Origin: Fimbriosthenelais zetlandica
Lineage: Eukaryota
Assembly: GCA_977030845.1 (NCBI GenBank)
Contig: OZ365114.1
Coordinates: 12,586,001 to 12,650,000, forward strand
Reading direction: 5' to 3'
Length of the DNA stretch: 64,000 nucleotides
The notes under the pieces were generated by a model. The model saw only the letters and a program-made list of their open reading frames with translations, was not told where the DNA came from and searched no databases. Shown here one piece after another: positions 14,522-25,323 of this stretch. Each line of letters opens with the position of its first letter. Position 1 is the stretch's first letter. The translations under genes and the position numbers were made by a program.

Positions 14522-15828
14522 TTAGTGGGCAAATACTTGCTGGAAGGTGTTCATTTGATGTGGATCAGGAGGTATTGAAATGACTCCTGGTTGTCGATAT
14601 TGATACGAGTTCCTACGGCACATGTCCTGCCATAGTTCAAAAGTTTGAAGTGAAGGAGTTTGAAGCGGTGATGTCGAAGGAACTGTGTGAAGTAGTGCGA
14701 GAAATGGTGAAGGAGCTGGTTGAAGCAGTGTCGTCGATGTCGAAGGAACTGGTAGAAATTGTGCCAGTGAAGGTGAATGTGACACCTGAAATGGCGCCAA
14801 GGATGGTGCAGGGACTAGCTCAAGTTGAGCCAGTGATGATGAAGGAACTGGCTGTTGTTTATATAGTGAAGGTGAAGAAGGCCCAGTTTAACCAGGGAAG
14901 GCGAACGGACTGGCTGAGGTTGAGCCAGTGAAGGTGAAGGAACTGGCTTGTGTTGAGCCAGTGAATATGCAGGAGCTGGCTTGTGTTGAGCCAGTGAAGA
15001 TGCAGGAGGTGGTTGAGGTTGTAGTTCAGTTGGTTGAGGTTGAAGTGGAGTTGGTTGAGGTTGAAGTGGAGTCGGTTGATGTTGAAGTGGAGTTGGTTGA
15101 TGTTGAAGTGGAGTTGGTTGATGTTGAGATGGTTGAAGTGTAACTGGGGAGGCTGATTGTGAAGGGGTAGATTGAAGTGGTGCTGATGCAGGTGGTGCAG
15201 GTGTGTTCGTATGATTCGTGGCTATGTGGGAAGCTACTAGAGAAACCACTGCTGGAGAAGGTAACTGCGATTGTATGACTGTTGGTTGAGGTTGGGGCTG
15301 TCCTTGTGTGGGGGCAGATGTTGTGGCCTGTGTTGTCAAAGGTTGCGCAGAATGACTTGATGTGCCTTGTACTGGTTGATGAGTATAAGCTGTTAGTCGA
15401 TTTTGAAGCGTTTCAAATTTACTGTAAAGTGTTTCGTATTGTCTGCGCGATTCCTCTAGGCCTTGTTGCAGTACTTTATCCATGAGAGCCTGGAGTCGGT
15501 CCTCAGAAATTATGACACCTTGACTTTGGGTATTCTGACTGTTGGATCCATAATGCTGTTGATTCTCATTCCTCTGATCGGCATGATGTTGATCCTGATT
15601 TTGAGTGTCTGATTGGTTTTGATCTTGGTTCAGATTGACTTCTTCCTGAGTTGGCCCTTGGTTGAGGGCGTCTCTGGCATTTACATATGGCACACTATTA
15701 CTACTGCTAGGAATACTGGGTTTAGACATGACTGGTTTGGACACAGACTTTTTGAATTTTTGTGATAGTCTCCTCTGAATAGAGGGTTTCGCACCGGTCT
15801 TCAGACCACTTCTAAGTTCTAATGGCAT
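14522..15828 (-). pseudogene. Gag-like low-complexity ORF of the LTR element; 337-aa ORF (14815-15828) plus a frameshifted continuation to 14522
   Basis: First ORF after the PBS; begins MPLELRSG; coiled-coil-like EDRLQALMDKVLQQGLEESRRQYETLYSKFETLQNRL; 7-aa (QPTPLQH/P) and 11-aa (PSPSLAQxxPV) repeats. The 11-aa repeat continues in another frame after ~14885. No capsid or zinc-knuckle motif recognised. Confidence 0.6.
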
Positions 15829-15970
15829 TAGGATATAACCAGCATTTCAGAAGAATTGACTTACAGGTCAAGAAATGTGAAGCAATGCTTACACTGTATG
15901 TGAAGATGAATTACACTGATTGAAGATGAAGAGCGGTAGAGGTTGGAATCTTGAGGGTTTTCCACCAATT

Positions 15971-16527
15971 TGTGATGTATGTGGGTAACAGAATAAGATG
16001 ATTCCAATGTGAAGTATATCGTAGTTTAATGTAGCTCTTATGATGTGTACAGTACGGTGTGTAAGATGAAGATGAGATGATGGAGAACTAGATGTTACTA
16101 TGACGAAACTGAGATGAGAGTGAGATACTGAGATACCTGACAGAGGTGTACAGGACCTTATATAGTGGAGCTGGTGATAGAGGGGGAGCATGGCATCCCA
16201 ACCCCTATCACTTACAATAGGTAACATAAACAATGCTATGATGCTAATTCCTTAGATCTATGCCATGCTGGCTTCAGGTGTGTGGATTACCACCAGCATG
16301 GCATGTCTGTGAAGCAGGGAAGACATACCTTAATAATTGTTATATAAACATAGAGTGGGGAAGCTAGGAAAACATAGACAGGTAGATTAATAAACATTAC
16401 TGAATATGGCGACATGGATTATGATTGAAGGAAGACATAGTGATATTATAACATGCTACAAAGAGATAATTATTAAACCTAGAATGACCATAGGGGAAGG
16501 TATAAACTGTGACACTTATCCGTGACA
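15971..16527 (-). repeat. 5' LTR (557 bp)
   Basis: Starts TGTCACGG and ends CATCACA on the minus strand; followed by the PBS-like motif. Confidence 0.95.
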
Positions 16528-16758
16528 AAATTAGAAAAAGATCATCCCAAGCCAACGTTTCCTTCATGCCTTCCCCATAGAAAGACCAATTCCTCATTTT
16601 CCCCCTCCCTACATCTCACCTTTCTACCTTGAAAATTTAAAAAAAATCTCCGCAGCAAGTTGGCAGAATGTTTCTACCATACCTCCCCAATAACTCGCCA
16701 GGTGGTCATGAAGAAATGCTACCCCCTAGTGTCGCAATTATTACCTACTGCTCAACTA

Positions 16759-16770
16759 GCCACCTAGCGG
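16759..16770 (-). promoter_or_regulatory. CTCF core motif
   Basis: Minus strand CCGCTAGGTGGC = 12/12 to CCRSYAGRKGGC; E-box TCACGTGA at 16790-16797 nearby. Confidence 0.45.
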
Positions 16771-18134
16771 CCGACTCGCCAGTTATGTATCACGTGAGCT
16801 GGCAAATAGCCCACTGAATGACGCGCCAATCTTCATTTTGCGCCAGAATTTTTTTCACGTCATTTTTCATCAATTATGTTGTTCTTTCCTGAGATCTGTT
16901 TTGCTGAAGAGGAAAGTTCTGAGGACAATTATAAAAATTACTCGTTTAACTTCTTATAATTTTTCCAAGTGGGCGGGAGTTCTTTGTTTTTAATTCTTAA
17001 GTTTCAATCTATAAAAGGCTCGTCATGGCATTCAAATGTACCAAGACAGAAACTTTCCCGACAGAAATGAGAGATGTAAATACTGTATACATTTTTGATG
17101 TAAAATGTTATATATACCGTATTCTGAAAATTTATTCCAAGGTTGTTTCTTTTTTTATATCAAGGTTGGGACCATTTTCTTTGTTCGGACGGGGATGCTG
17201 AACAAATATTTATTAGTATGTGGCCTAAATGTTTTTTTAAAGAATGTGGCGGCCTGTTTGTTTATTTTTTCACAAAGCACAAGGTGTATGTCGTATGTCC
17301 TTCTCCGCACCCCGCATCATTGCTGACGTACCAACGCCCTTCTGCCAGCAGGGGGGAAATTTGCCACTTGTCTGGAAAAAAATTGCCATTTGTCATGAGC
17401 AACATTTCCCCAGATACCACCCCGGGGATTAGAGAAGACTTTCTGTACATAAATTGGTGAGATGATAGTGGAAGTATTTAGATATGCTATGTTTACGAGC
17501 GGACTCAATATCAAACGGTAGTAGGCATAATTATGTTGTTAGATAAGAATGGGTAAATATAGGGCGTAATGGTAATTCAAGATGGTGAATCTATCTGTAC
17601 ATGGGACAATGATGAATAGAAGAGCAAACATGATAAATTGAAGCGAACGCGAGGGAAACTGTTAAAGAAACTTGATGGAAGGAACCTGATTAACTGCCTG
17701 TATTAAAGAAAGAATGACAGAACTAGAGGGAGAAAGATAGAAAGAAGGACGGAAGGATGGATGACGGATGTCGAAGTATGTTCGAAAGGGAAGGATTTTT
17801 TTTAAGGATTTGCACAAAATGCACAATAAAATTGAGGCTTGGAAATGTAGCATCAGAGCTTAGAAAATACCGAACTTTACGGCTGTTGGAAGACCTCATG
17901 CAGTGGTTCACACTCCTTAAGCCAAATAAACATACAGAAACAAATAGCAGAAATGATATGGTCGGCTTATACGACGGATGAAAGGAATCCGGACCAGTCT
18001 ATGCTAGGGTCTACAATAATACTTTAGATATTCTATAGCCCAAAGCTAAAGCCAGAACCCCTCCCATCCCTCAACAACACATCTTATCCCCACCACCCCC
18101 TCCCCCACTAACTACTGGGGGAACTACAAGGACA

Positions 18135-18230
18135 TGACGTCACTAGGGGAAGGAGTTGGGGGGTTTCCAGGTAGATGACGTCATAATAATGTAATTCATA
18201 TATCCTTGCCATCTTCTGTTGCCTAGGAAC
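18135..18230. promoter_or_regulatory. Two full CREs plus a 13-bp X-box variant
   Basis: TGACGTCA at 18135-18142 and 18176-18183; GTTGCCTAGGAAC at 18218-18230. Confidence 0.5.
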
Positions 18231-21200
18231 CTGGAGAATGATACTTTATTGTTGGGCAGACTAGTAAATATAAGTATATGCCGGTGGGTCATTCTTTGCT
18301 GTTTTAGAGCCAGTTTGCTCTGCTAGTTGATATACAGGGAAGAGAAGCTGTGAGTGAGAGAGTGTGATTTTGAGAGAGAGGAAGATAAAGATACTCAGAC
18401 ACAGAGATGAGAAAGGAAATATAGGAGACTGAGAGAAAGCGAGAAAGAGAGCGGAGAGAGAGGGAGTGAGAATGTAGAAAAAGAAAGGGAGGGAGAGAAT
18501 GTGGAAAAAGAAAGGGAGAGAGAACTTTTAAAACATGTAATCGGAAACGTTGAACTGAATTCAGCAACCTAACATTGTGGCTGTAAGGAAATCAACTGTT
18601 TCAACAGTATAACCAATAGTAAACTTCAGCTTAACCAATACTTACAGTATGTCCTGTGCTCTACAAGTCTAACCAAGATCTCAAAAAGTCATCACCCTCA
18701 CCTGCAAAGACAAAAAATACCAAAGTTATTTAAGAAATTCAATTTAACAGGGCTCCTTAATTTGTCAATTAAGAATAAAATAATGGTTTGGCGACTATGG
18801 TTAAACAGTTGGCTACTTGAGGCACACACAGCAGTGTTACAAGGGTAGCCTAAAATGTGTGTATTACATATTCATAAGCATGAATGTGAAGCCCGAAACC
18901 CGTCATGTGCCCCGAACCCATAAAAAAGTACGCGGGGTCGAAGTACAAGACGGGCCTTAGCTTTTATACAGGCACCAGGCGCTCCGCTGTGTGTCCATAA
19001 GAAGGGTGGGAGGGGGGGGGGGGGGGGGGGTAGAGGGTCGGTAGGTAGTGTAATTGGAAGAGACACCGGGGTAGGGGTACGAGTAGAGCAGTGCATAAAA
19101 CCAGTGGAGTGTGAAGAGAAAAGCTAGCACCCAGCCTCGAACCCGCCACCAGCTGCTACCTTCACTACCACACCCCTCAGGCAGTGCTGTGTGTCTATAG
19201 CAGGTCAGGGGGGGGGGGGGGATTTGTTACTAATCGTAGCTGGTGCTGGGTTCGAGGTGCAGGACGGGTCTTAGCTTTCACACCTACAGACGCTCTGCTT
19301 TATTTTAACCTCGTTGGTCTATTGCAGAGGGAGTAGGGTGGGAAGCGGGGGGGGGGGGGGTAATAGTTTAGTTTAGCAACAAGCAAACCATTCAATTAAA
19401 CATTCATTGTATTTCACAAGCAGCAGGTAGAAAACTTCACATGTGGGGGGGGGGGGGGGGGGGGTAAAGGTAGGACATATGCAGTTCCAAACACCCCCTC
19501 CTCAACACTGCCCACTGGTCAGTCACAAGCAGTGACGCGTGACCAATCAGCCCCCAGATTAAAACTGTCTTTCTCATTTGGCTTTAATTTCCTTCAAAAT
19601 TCTAGAATTGACTTCCCTGACGCCTTGCCCCCATGGGGTCCATTTATTCAGTATGCCCTGGGAAGGGAAAGCTCCCAACAAGGATTCAGCCTTGTTTGCC
19701 TGTATTGACTGAATCACTCAATCAATCCGTCCGCTCGTTCCATGGTCTATTGAACCACTCATGAGAGTCTGGAGGCCATAATTTATGAAAACATGTGGCA
19801 TTTACCATCTGCCCAGTCTGGACCCCATCTCCTACTACCTTCCTTCACCCTGCCCCCTTAATACAAAAAACATAGGGCCGGCGTATGGATATCTTGTTTG
19901 GAATGAGTGATACGATCCACGATGATGTATGGGTCGGCCCTAAGGCGAGGCATAACACGCTGCCCTTAACAATGAGTTATGGGATGCATGGGGGCACAGG
20001 CAATCGTAGGGCTCAATGGGTTCTGGTTCTGGTTGGAGGGAAAAGGTGGCCACACGCTGGAGGTGTGCGTCCATGATGTCTTCAGCTGAAGGTTTTTCAC
20101 TGATATTTGAGGCCCATCTGACACTTAGCCTTTTCACTGGTGTTTGATCAGATGCATGTCTGACCAGGCCTGATTTTATGAAAACTTTAGGTTAAAAGAT
20201 TTTCGTTCTTGGCTTTTTCATTTGAGGTGAGCGCCAGGCGAACGGTTCGATCGTTTCTGTTTGGAAAACTGGGGTTTAAGCGAAATGATTATTGATAGTT
20301 CGCGTCTCAAAATCGGGCCTTTCTGACACTTCAGATGCCAGAAACATATTCAGAATATTTTGATTCAAACACTACATTTTCATCTTGTCAGTCGCACGCC
20401 TCCAGCATGGGGGCTAGGTAAAAGGTGAAGTGAGAAGGTGGGTATATGGGTAACTAGTTACAGACGATCCATCATGAGAGGGCGCTACAAAGACGTGATC
20501 AAAGCTGGCAGATGGCTGGGTGGGTGAGGTGCATGAATACATCAGGTGGGTATGGTGTGGAGGTATACATATAGTGGCAGGTGGGTGTGAAAAGGCAGTC
20601 CCGTGTATTGAGGTAAAATGCCCTTTATGAACAGGTCTCAAAAAATAAGGGGTCCGGACACCCACATTTTCCTGCCGGATGGTCATGATATAGTGGTGAC
20701 TGGATAAATAGAATAAATAGCCAATACTATAGTCAGAAGGGGCTATACACTTCAGACAGGAAGTTGTGGACTGAATAGGGTAACTGAGCTTCCTGTTTCT
20801 TATTCCATTGGGGAAAACAATCCACAAATTATACAGGTCTGGAGATTCCCAATGCGAGAAAAAGGCGATTGGAGTGAATGTGTCCATCGAGATAAAGTCG
20901 ATGCAATGCGCTGAAATTCAGCAATTATCTGCATGGCGAGACTGCAGTTTTTCAGTATTGAAAAAACAGTTATTAGGAAAACATGTAAAGAACAGTATGA
21001 TCACTGCAGTCCCTTGAGAGGATTGACTTTTTCTGGCAGGTCTCAAACTAATTAAGTTTGTTTACAACTTGACTTAATGAAGACTAACATTTAGCGCCAA
21101 TTAAGAGAGTGCTTTTTTAAATGTTGCTCATAAAATATCATTGCCAGGTGGGATAGTTAGTGGGTGCACTGAGGAAAATGAAATAAGATCTTGTGATCAA

Positions 21201-21740
21201 ATGGCTCTATCATTTTAATTGAAAATGGTCATAAAATATCTTCACCTCGAGAAAAATTAAAGCCATTGTAATCATAAATTTCATACAAAAATGTTTCAAT
21301 TGAAATACTTATTTGAAAATGGTTATTCACCCTAAATTAAACCGAGAAATTATATTAGATAAATTGATTTTAAAACATGTTATTTCCTATAAACATTCAG
21401 GGACACTGTACACTTTTCCATTAAAAATTATAGGGGAGGTCGATCACAAAATAGGCTCCAAGATCAGCACAGAGGACATCTTATCGAGTAGCAAAAGTAA
21501 CAGAGACAAAATGAACTCATACTTCAGATACTTTCCTCCCTAGTGAATATAATTTTTCGCCTCCTCTGTACCCTATACATCACTTTGCATTAGAAGTTTA
21601 TTCCTAACATTTCACCAGGTAGAACATGTGCCCACTTTTTCACCTGAGAAAGTGAGGAATCGTACAGATCGCTTTCTCAGCCAAAGGTTGTGTTTACGCT
21701 TAGTAAAACAAGAGCCGGGGGGTTTTGCTTAGGGAGACTG

Positions 21741-21754
21741 CCGGTAGGGGGCAG
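21741..21754 (+). promoter_or_regulatory. CTCF core motif
   Basis: CCGGTAGGGGGCAG = 12/12 core plus RS; immediately followed by CCAAT. Confidence 0.45.
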
Positions 21755-22052
21755 CCAATGAGGACTCTAGCCTGTCAGATTCTGGCATGTGGCCACACTA
21801 GGGAATGGTGGGAGGTGTATGTTTTCACTAGGTGAGAGACAAACTGTGAATGGTTGGCAGCGCGTGGCACAGAAAGCCACAGAAAATACTCACAACTTGA
21901 TTAGAGGAACTTTACTCTCTCAGTGTGGAGACTGGGAAACCATCAAGGCTATCAGTGTGAAGGCTAAGGCATTTTTTAGGTTTATTTCTCTCTCCTTAGT
22001 TTTGTCTCTTTATTATTTTGTCTTTTATTTTTTTCTCTTCTTTTCTCTTTCC

Positions 22053-22053
22053 T

Positions 22054-22117
<64 letters not shown>

Positions 22118-22119
22118 TC
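22053..22119. repeat. Perfect (CTTT)n microsatellite, ~16 units
   Basis: Seen directly. Confidence 0.95.
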
Positions 22120-22647
22120 CACCTTCCTTCCATTCTTTCAGTTCTTTCACAATACATGTATCTTCAAATCAATTTAACAATTTCTAACCCTTTGGAAAAC
22201 AGTGCCTCTATAACATCACTGATACAACATTTTTTCCAAAGTGAATTCAGACATTTCATTCTGCTTTCTAGAGTAAGACCTCTAAAATTCGAAATAAGAA
22301 CTCTAATTAAAAAATAAGCAATCATGAGACTTTAATAACCTTCACGAGGCCGGAATATTACGACCAAGTTATGAGGACATAATTCCACTAATAAAGACCA
22401 GCCTGTGGCAGTTCACGGGGAAACATCCATTGCTAATAACCAGGCAGATGCTACAATGTCTCTTTTTTATCCTGATCTGCCACGATCAGAAAGGAGTTCA
22501 TCAAAAGCAAGCACACCCCTGACAAATGCATGCCACTGTAAAAATCAAGTGAAAATGTAATAATAATTCTTAATTCTCGGTGAAATACTTGTTCACAGTT
22601 TGGATCTTGACAAGTCAACTAGAAATAAGCTCAGTCTGGATTTTTAA

Positions 22648-22795
22648 AGCGACTCTATCACTGATCCTTTCCTTTAACTAAAAGGCATTTATTTGGTTCA
22701 TCAGACATGTTCTGTCTTTTTTGCAGCACCTTTTAACTTTGTGTGACCTATGCCAACTTCCCAGCGTCATGGTAAAGCTGAGTGATAGAGCCCCT
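22648..22795. mobile_element. Kolobok-like MITE (148 bp)
   Basis: TTAA|AGCGACTCTATCACT ... AGTGATAGAGCCCCT|TTAA. Confidence 0.8.
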
Positions 22796-23582
22796 TTAAG
22801 CCAGCACCCAGGGCTGGTTGATGACCGGTGTTTTTTATGCTGGTTTTATCGGGGGTGGCTGGTCTCGATTAGAGCACTATTCCCAGAACAGGAGTTAATC
22901 CTGGCGGGACATTAAACGTGCAGGCAGCCGTATAGCTGGCCGCCAGACAAGTGTAGCCATCCACCGACAAGCATTAAATTGCTTAATTTGTAATAATGGC
23001 AGAGGAGTTGTTCACCCAGTGTCATTACCATGGGGTGCGGGAGTTGTAAAACTTCCACTTAGTCATCTAGACTTGTTTAACAGACTTCGTGATAGTACAG
23101 TGTAACTTCATAGGAGATTTAGTGGAAATCTTGACTTGAGAAGTCTAGATCTGTATTGCCAAGTATAAGAAGGCAGAGTGCAATAAGACATCAGAAGTAT
23201 AGGGGGTCAGTAGCTGCCATAACTAGGTCATAAATAAGCTGACACTGCCCTCTACCGCCACTAAAGTAATGCGCCAACATTTTGGCCCAACCAGAGGGCG
23301 ACATATGAAGTGCAGGGCAGTGGGTAATCATGGTTATAGGGCTCCTCCACTATCCCCCATGCAGTTACTCAAATTTGCGAGCATTTGTATATACATGAGC
23401 CCTCGCAACATAGTCGCTGGTAATAATTTGGATTGCACAAAAGGCGCATAAAAATGCATTGCACAAACCCCACAAAATAAGCTTGAACATTGTTTGTGTA
23501 ATGTGATCATCGTAAATATATTACTGACAAAATTAGGCAGATACATTTTCTAGCTCTATATAAAGGGTTGGGGTATTATTCG

Positions 23583-23892
23583 AGTCTGACCATTTCGAGG
23601 TCGCTTTAATGACTAGGACGCTTTAGTGAGTTAGATGGTCTTTAAGTGAAAACCCCCTTCAAATGTATCAACCCCTATAAACAAGTAAATTTCTCGGCAT
23701 ATAAGAAGGGCATGGCTAAAACTTTAGACATCAGATATTGTACGCATTATATATGAGTAGTCTGACCCATTTAATGGTCGAGTAGTGATATAGTCGCTTT
23801 AATGAGACGGTCTTTAAGCGAGAACCCACTGTACATATACCAACCCCTCTAGGCATGTACATTTTCTCGGCCTATAAGAAGGGCATGGCTAA
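23583..23892 (+). repeat. Diverged ~176-bp tandem duplication containing a MITE right end
   Basis: AGTCTGACC..GTCGCTTTAATG..GGTCTTTAAG..TTCTCGGC.TATAAGAAGGGCATGGCTAA at 23583-23719 and 23759-23892. Confidence 0.75.
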
Positions 23893-25129
23893 TACCCCTT
23901 CGGGCCATTGTATATGCGGGGAGGGAAGCCGGGCGATGCAGGCTTTGTTTAGCCTTGGGCTGGCGAGCAGCACTGAGTCAATAGGAGCAGATTAGAGGAG
24001 AAGCCACTACCGACTCTACAAAGATAACAAGAGAGGCCAAAGGACAACAGAGAGCAAGGCCACACATACACAAACACGGGCGCCACATGTTGCCTCACAA
24101 GACAGGCAGCATCCCATCCAATCCATTCATAAGCAGATTGTTCTATTTTGCTTGAATTGGTCTCGGCTAATTGGGGTTAATTCGTCCCCATTGAATTGGC
24201 ATTATGATGCCCCGGCAGCACTGAGGCAGCCGATGATCCGATAAGGCGATTCGCTGAAATTTCGCTTGGGACAGAAGCGGCATTATTAGAAATGTCGCCT
24301 GGGGAATGAAGATTAATTTTGATTGAGCTAACTTCAGGTGGAAGCCATCTCTACAAATAGATGTCTCATATGCGGGAAGCTATAAAATGAAATTTCTCGC
24401 GTTTCAATTTTAGGGCTAGTGTAGCCCTTCCATTATTTCAATTAGACTAGATTACATAATTCAATTAGAACTTTAATGTATTGATATTATTTTCATCACA
24501 GTTTGAATTCCACAGATTCATAACTCGCCGGATTGTGCCTCACAATTGTCCCATATTGTATAGCATATTCCTACTTTTTTTCCCGTAAAATGAATAATGA
24601 ATAATTCCTTTTTATTGAAGTGCTCTGTTACGAACCAAATGCCTCCCACTTCTCCATGTCCACAGGAAATAGCTCTCCGTCCGGACATAAAATGAATACC
24701 ACAGACTTCATTTATTACTGAAATCTAATATCATATTCATTTACCATTATTATCAGAGTACCATTTGCAATGATCCCACAGCACCCTTTCTATAGACCAG
24801 ACAGTCCCACGGGGAAACCCCACAATAGCATCGAGTGTTAATATGTCATATTGTAATAATGGGAAGCCCTTAAATCTCATGGAACCAAGGAGAAAGTTGA
24901 GCTGAGAGGAAATGTGAATAACAAGTACTGCCTCACTGGCAGGAAGGTATGTATATTGCATATAATGGATGGAATAATGTTAGTGTATATTGCAGAGTCG
25001 AGTGTTCTGTTTAGGCTCCCCATGTAGATAATTCAGTTCAGGGAATATAGGTATGCGGCTGCATTACAAAGTGTTACAACTAATAATATGACCCATTTCG
25101 ATGCGAGAAATGATACTCTCTTGAATTAA

Positions 25130-25323
25130 AGCGGCTCTATCACCGATATTTTCCAGTACAGAGAGTCATTGTTAATCCACCTCTCATCCATTGCTTGTGT
25201 TTATTTGCAGCACCTTTAATTAGCCTCCTCATCTCAAACAGAAAACCTGCATAAATCCATGAGAAACTCTGTTATATTGAACGACCAAAGTGGGAAGTTT
25301 CGCTGATCAGTGATAGTGCCCCT
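25130..25323. mobile_element. Kolobok-like MITE (194 bp)
   Basis: TTAA|AGCGGCTCTATCAC ... GTGATAGTGCCCCT; right TSD degraded (TTTT). Confidence 0.7.

Larger units (their letters stand above)
12388..16527 (-). mobile_element. Non-autonomous LTR retrotransposon (Gypsy-like by structure), 4140 bp, very young
   Basis: Two 557-bp direct repeats with TGT..ACA ends; 4-bp TSD AAAT (12384-12387, 16528-16531); PBS-like TGGTGGA (15961-15967) 3 nt after the 5' LTR on the minus strand; one gag-like ORF; no RT/RNaseH/integrase ORF in the ORF track. Confidence 0.93.

Noticed and set aside
14880-14895. Programmed -1 ribosomal frameshift at GTTAAAC
   Set aside because: Not an in-phase X_XXY_YYZ heptamer and no pol follows; a 1-nt deletion in a 33-bp repeat is simpler.
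14650-15143. Plus-strand acidic E/V-rich ORFs (14650..14931, 14928..15143)
   Set aside because: Antisense shadows of the gag-like tandem repeats.
20414-20887. 157-aa minus-strand ORF
   Set aside because: No recognisable motif, atypical composition and no convincing splice sites.
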